Positions 62,351 through 64,000 of a DNA stretch of 64,000 nucleotides are shown one piece after another. A program made the translations under genes and the position numbers. Origin of the DNA: Bryobacterales bacterium. GTDB taxonomy: Bacteria > Acidobacteriota > Terriglobia > Bryobacterales > UBA6623. The stretch spans positions 1,952,001 through 2,016,000 of the forward strand of contig OY729428.2 of the NCBI GenBank assembly GCA_963422375.2, in the 5' to 3' direction. The stretch's first letter is position 1; each line of letters begins with the position of its first letter. The notes beneath the pieces were generated by a model. It saw nothing but the letters and a program-made list of their open reading frames with translations, did not search any database and had not been told where the DNA came from.

Positions 62351-62863
62351 GCGGAATCGAGCTTGACGAATGGCGGCTCGGATTGATGGAGGAGCCAGTC
62401 GGCCCCGAGTCCGTCCGGGACGATCCCGACCGCGGCGCCTCTATGCGCGCCAGCCGGCAGCTCGCACCAATCGGCGTCCCTGCGATACGGAATTGTTCTT
62501 GGCGTTCGGGGCAGGCTGGCCGACCGCGCACCGAATCGCGCCGGAGAGCATCGTGCCGCCGATTGCTTCCGCGATTCGCCGGTGTGGGAATGCTGTCATC
62601 GGTCTCTCCGGCGCGGCGCGGCAGACGCGAGGCGCTTGCATCGCACCGGAACTCAACGGACTGGCGGAGGGGCCCTGCCCATGTCGGAAGGGTCGGGGCC
62701 TGGGGGCTAGACCACTCGCGGATGCCGTGGATCGCGGCGTTCGCGAGGACGTGCTACCCTGTGCCCGGCGGTCGCGGCCAGACATCCCGTGGCGCGACCG
62801 CTGTCTCGATTCGCAGAAGGTAGCACCGGCATATTGGATCGCCGCCGCTAGGAGGACATGGGA

Positions 62864-64000
62864 ATGCGTCTAACAAGGGTGGTTTCAGGGGCGTGCTTGA
62901 TTGCCGCGCTGCTCGCCTCGTGCGGGGGCGCCGACCAGTCGACTCAGGTCGGCGAGCACAGCCAGTCGGTCCGCTCGCTCACGGCTCACGAGTACTACGA
63001 CAAGGTCCGCGGTGCGTGGCTGGGCGCGGCGGTCGGAGGCGCCTTGGGCATGAGCGTCGAGGGGATGCACAAGCGGGACCTCAAGCCCTACCTCGAGGGG
63101 TTGGGGCAGTGGCCGTTGAGCGACTACATCAAGACGCGTCCGCCGCAGCGGGCTCGCGGCGGCAGGGCGTCGTACACGGCGGACAACTGGGGCCCTGCCG
63201 GTTTCGGCCCTGACGATGACTCGCTCTATCAGATTGCGAATCTCCTGCTGATCGAGGAAAAGGGTCCCGAGATCACGAGCCAGGACATCGCCGACCAGTG
63301 GCTCGCGTCGTTCTCCGTCTTCGAGGCGCGGAACTGCGGACGGGCCGTGCGCGTGGCTGAGAGGCTCCTGAAGGACGGAGTCAAGCCTCCCGAGTCAGGC
63401 CGGCACGAGTTTGGGGAGTTCATGGGAGGCCAGATGAAGGGGGAGTTCTGGGGCTACCTGCTGCCCGGGAACGCCGCCGCGGCTGCCGAATACGGGCGCA
63501 TCGATGCCGAGGTCGCCTTCCATACGGACGGCGTCTACGGCGAGATGTTCATGGCGGCGCTGACCGCCGAGGCCTTCTTCGAGTCCGATCCGGTCAGGCT
63601 CTTGGAGGCGGGACTCGATGCGATCCCTTCGGACTGCGACTACGCTAGCTGCATCCGAGATGTCATGGAGTGGCACCGGCAGGTGCCCGGCGATTGGGAG
63701 GAAACCCACGCGCGCATCGACGAGAAGTGGGCGCCGGAGGGCTCCGAGAAGATGCGGCGAGTGTTTCCGAACAATGCGGTCAACGCCTTGGCTCTGCTCT
63801 ACGGCGAGGGAGATTTCGACAGGACGGTCTCGATCGCCGTGATGGCGGGCTGGGACACGGACACGAACGCGGGCGATGTCGGGCCCGTGATGGGTGTCGT
63901 GCTCGGTGCGGGGGCAATCGCGGAGAAGTGGACCGAGCCCATTGCGAATACCCTTCGGAGTGACGTGAAGGGCGCCACTGAGTGGAAGATCGACGAGCTG
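62864..64000 (+). CDS. ADP-ribosylglycohydrolase family lipoprotein, 3' end outside window
   Basis: Not in ORF track. Manual translation MRLTRVVSGACLIAALLASC (lipobox), YYDKVRGAWLG..VGGALG, PDDD, GWDTDTNAGDVG; GGAGG RBS. Confidence 0.88.
   Translation, partial: MRLTRVVSGACLIAALLASCGGADQSTQVGEHSQSVRSLTAHEYYDKVRGAWLGAAVGGALGMSVEGMHKRDLKPYLEGLGQWPLSDYIKTRPPQRARGGRASYTADNWGPAGFGPDDDSLYQIANLLLIEEKGPEITSQDIADQWLASFSVFEARNCGRAVRVAERLLKDGVKPPESGRHEFGEFMGGQMKGEFWGYLLPGNAAAAAEYGRIDAEVAFHTDGVYGEMFMAALTAEAFFESDPVRLLEAGLDAIPSDCDYASCIRDVMEWHRQVPGDWEETHARIDEKWAPEGSEKMRRVFPNNAVNALALLYGEGDFDRTVSIAVMAGWDTDTNAGDVGPVMGVVLGAGAIAEKWTEPIANTLRSDVKGATEWKIDEL

Noticed and set aside
17..63963. Numerous long antisense or alternate-frame ORFs in the track (e.g. 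25244-26878 -, 27342-28586 -, 54159-55634 -, 57124-58356 -)
   Set aside because: Shadow ORFs expected in high-GC DNA; they overlap well-supported genes and lack motifs.

Overview
GC-rich bacterial chromosomal window. Gene content (Oar/carboxypeptidase-regulatory-type TonB-dependent receptors, CRTAC1/ASPIC-UnbV, DUF1552, DUF1080, PPC-domain protein) suggests Acidobacteriota; this is inference. Housekeeping genes (prfA, hemH, hflX, rsmD, bioA, split pntA1-pntA2-pntB, zinc-ribbon protein) alternate with periplasmic or secreted accessory modules (TBDR-CRTAC1-TPR; pentaheme PA14 cytochrome c plus beta-propeller plus DUF1080). Two IS graveyards lie at ~13.4-19.7 kb and ~40.2-44.3 kb. They hold three degenerate IS1595-family (ISNwi1-type ends) copies, a nested ISNCY-type element, an IS4 remnant fused to IS1595, an IS30, and a second IS1595 type; most ends, and three target duplications, are readable from the sequence. 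Several pseudogenes are present (TBDR, YbdK 3' end, SNF2-SWIM pair, NHL protein). Most notable signals: (i) dead IS copies and the NHL pseudogene show mostly A:T->G:C changes, plus many 10-14 bp tandem micro-duplications and a perfected palindrome; (ii) an AT-rich foreign ORF re-forms in frame when three IS elements are removed; (iii) a perfect FNR-type box lies upstream of DUF1552-hemH; (iv) many genes look leaderless; (v) candidate structured RNAs lie upstream of hflX and pntA. I saw no CRISPR array, tRNA or rRNA. All family calls are from motif recognition, not database searches.
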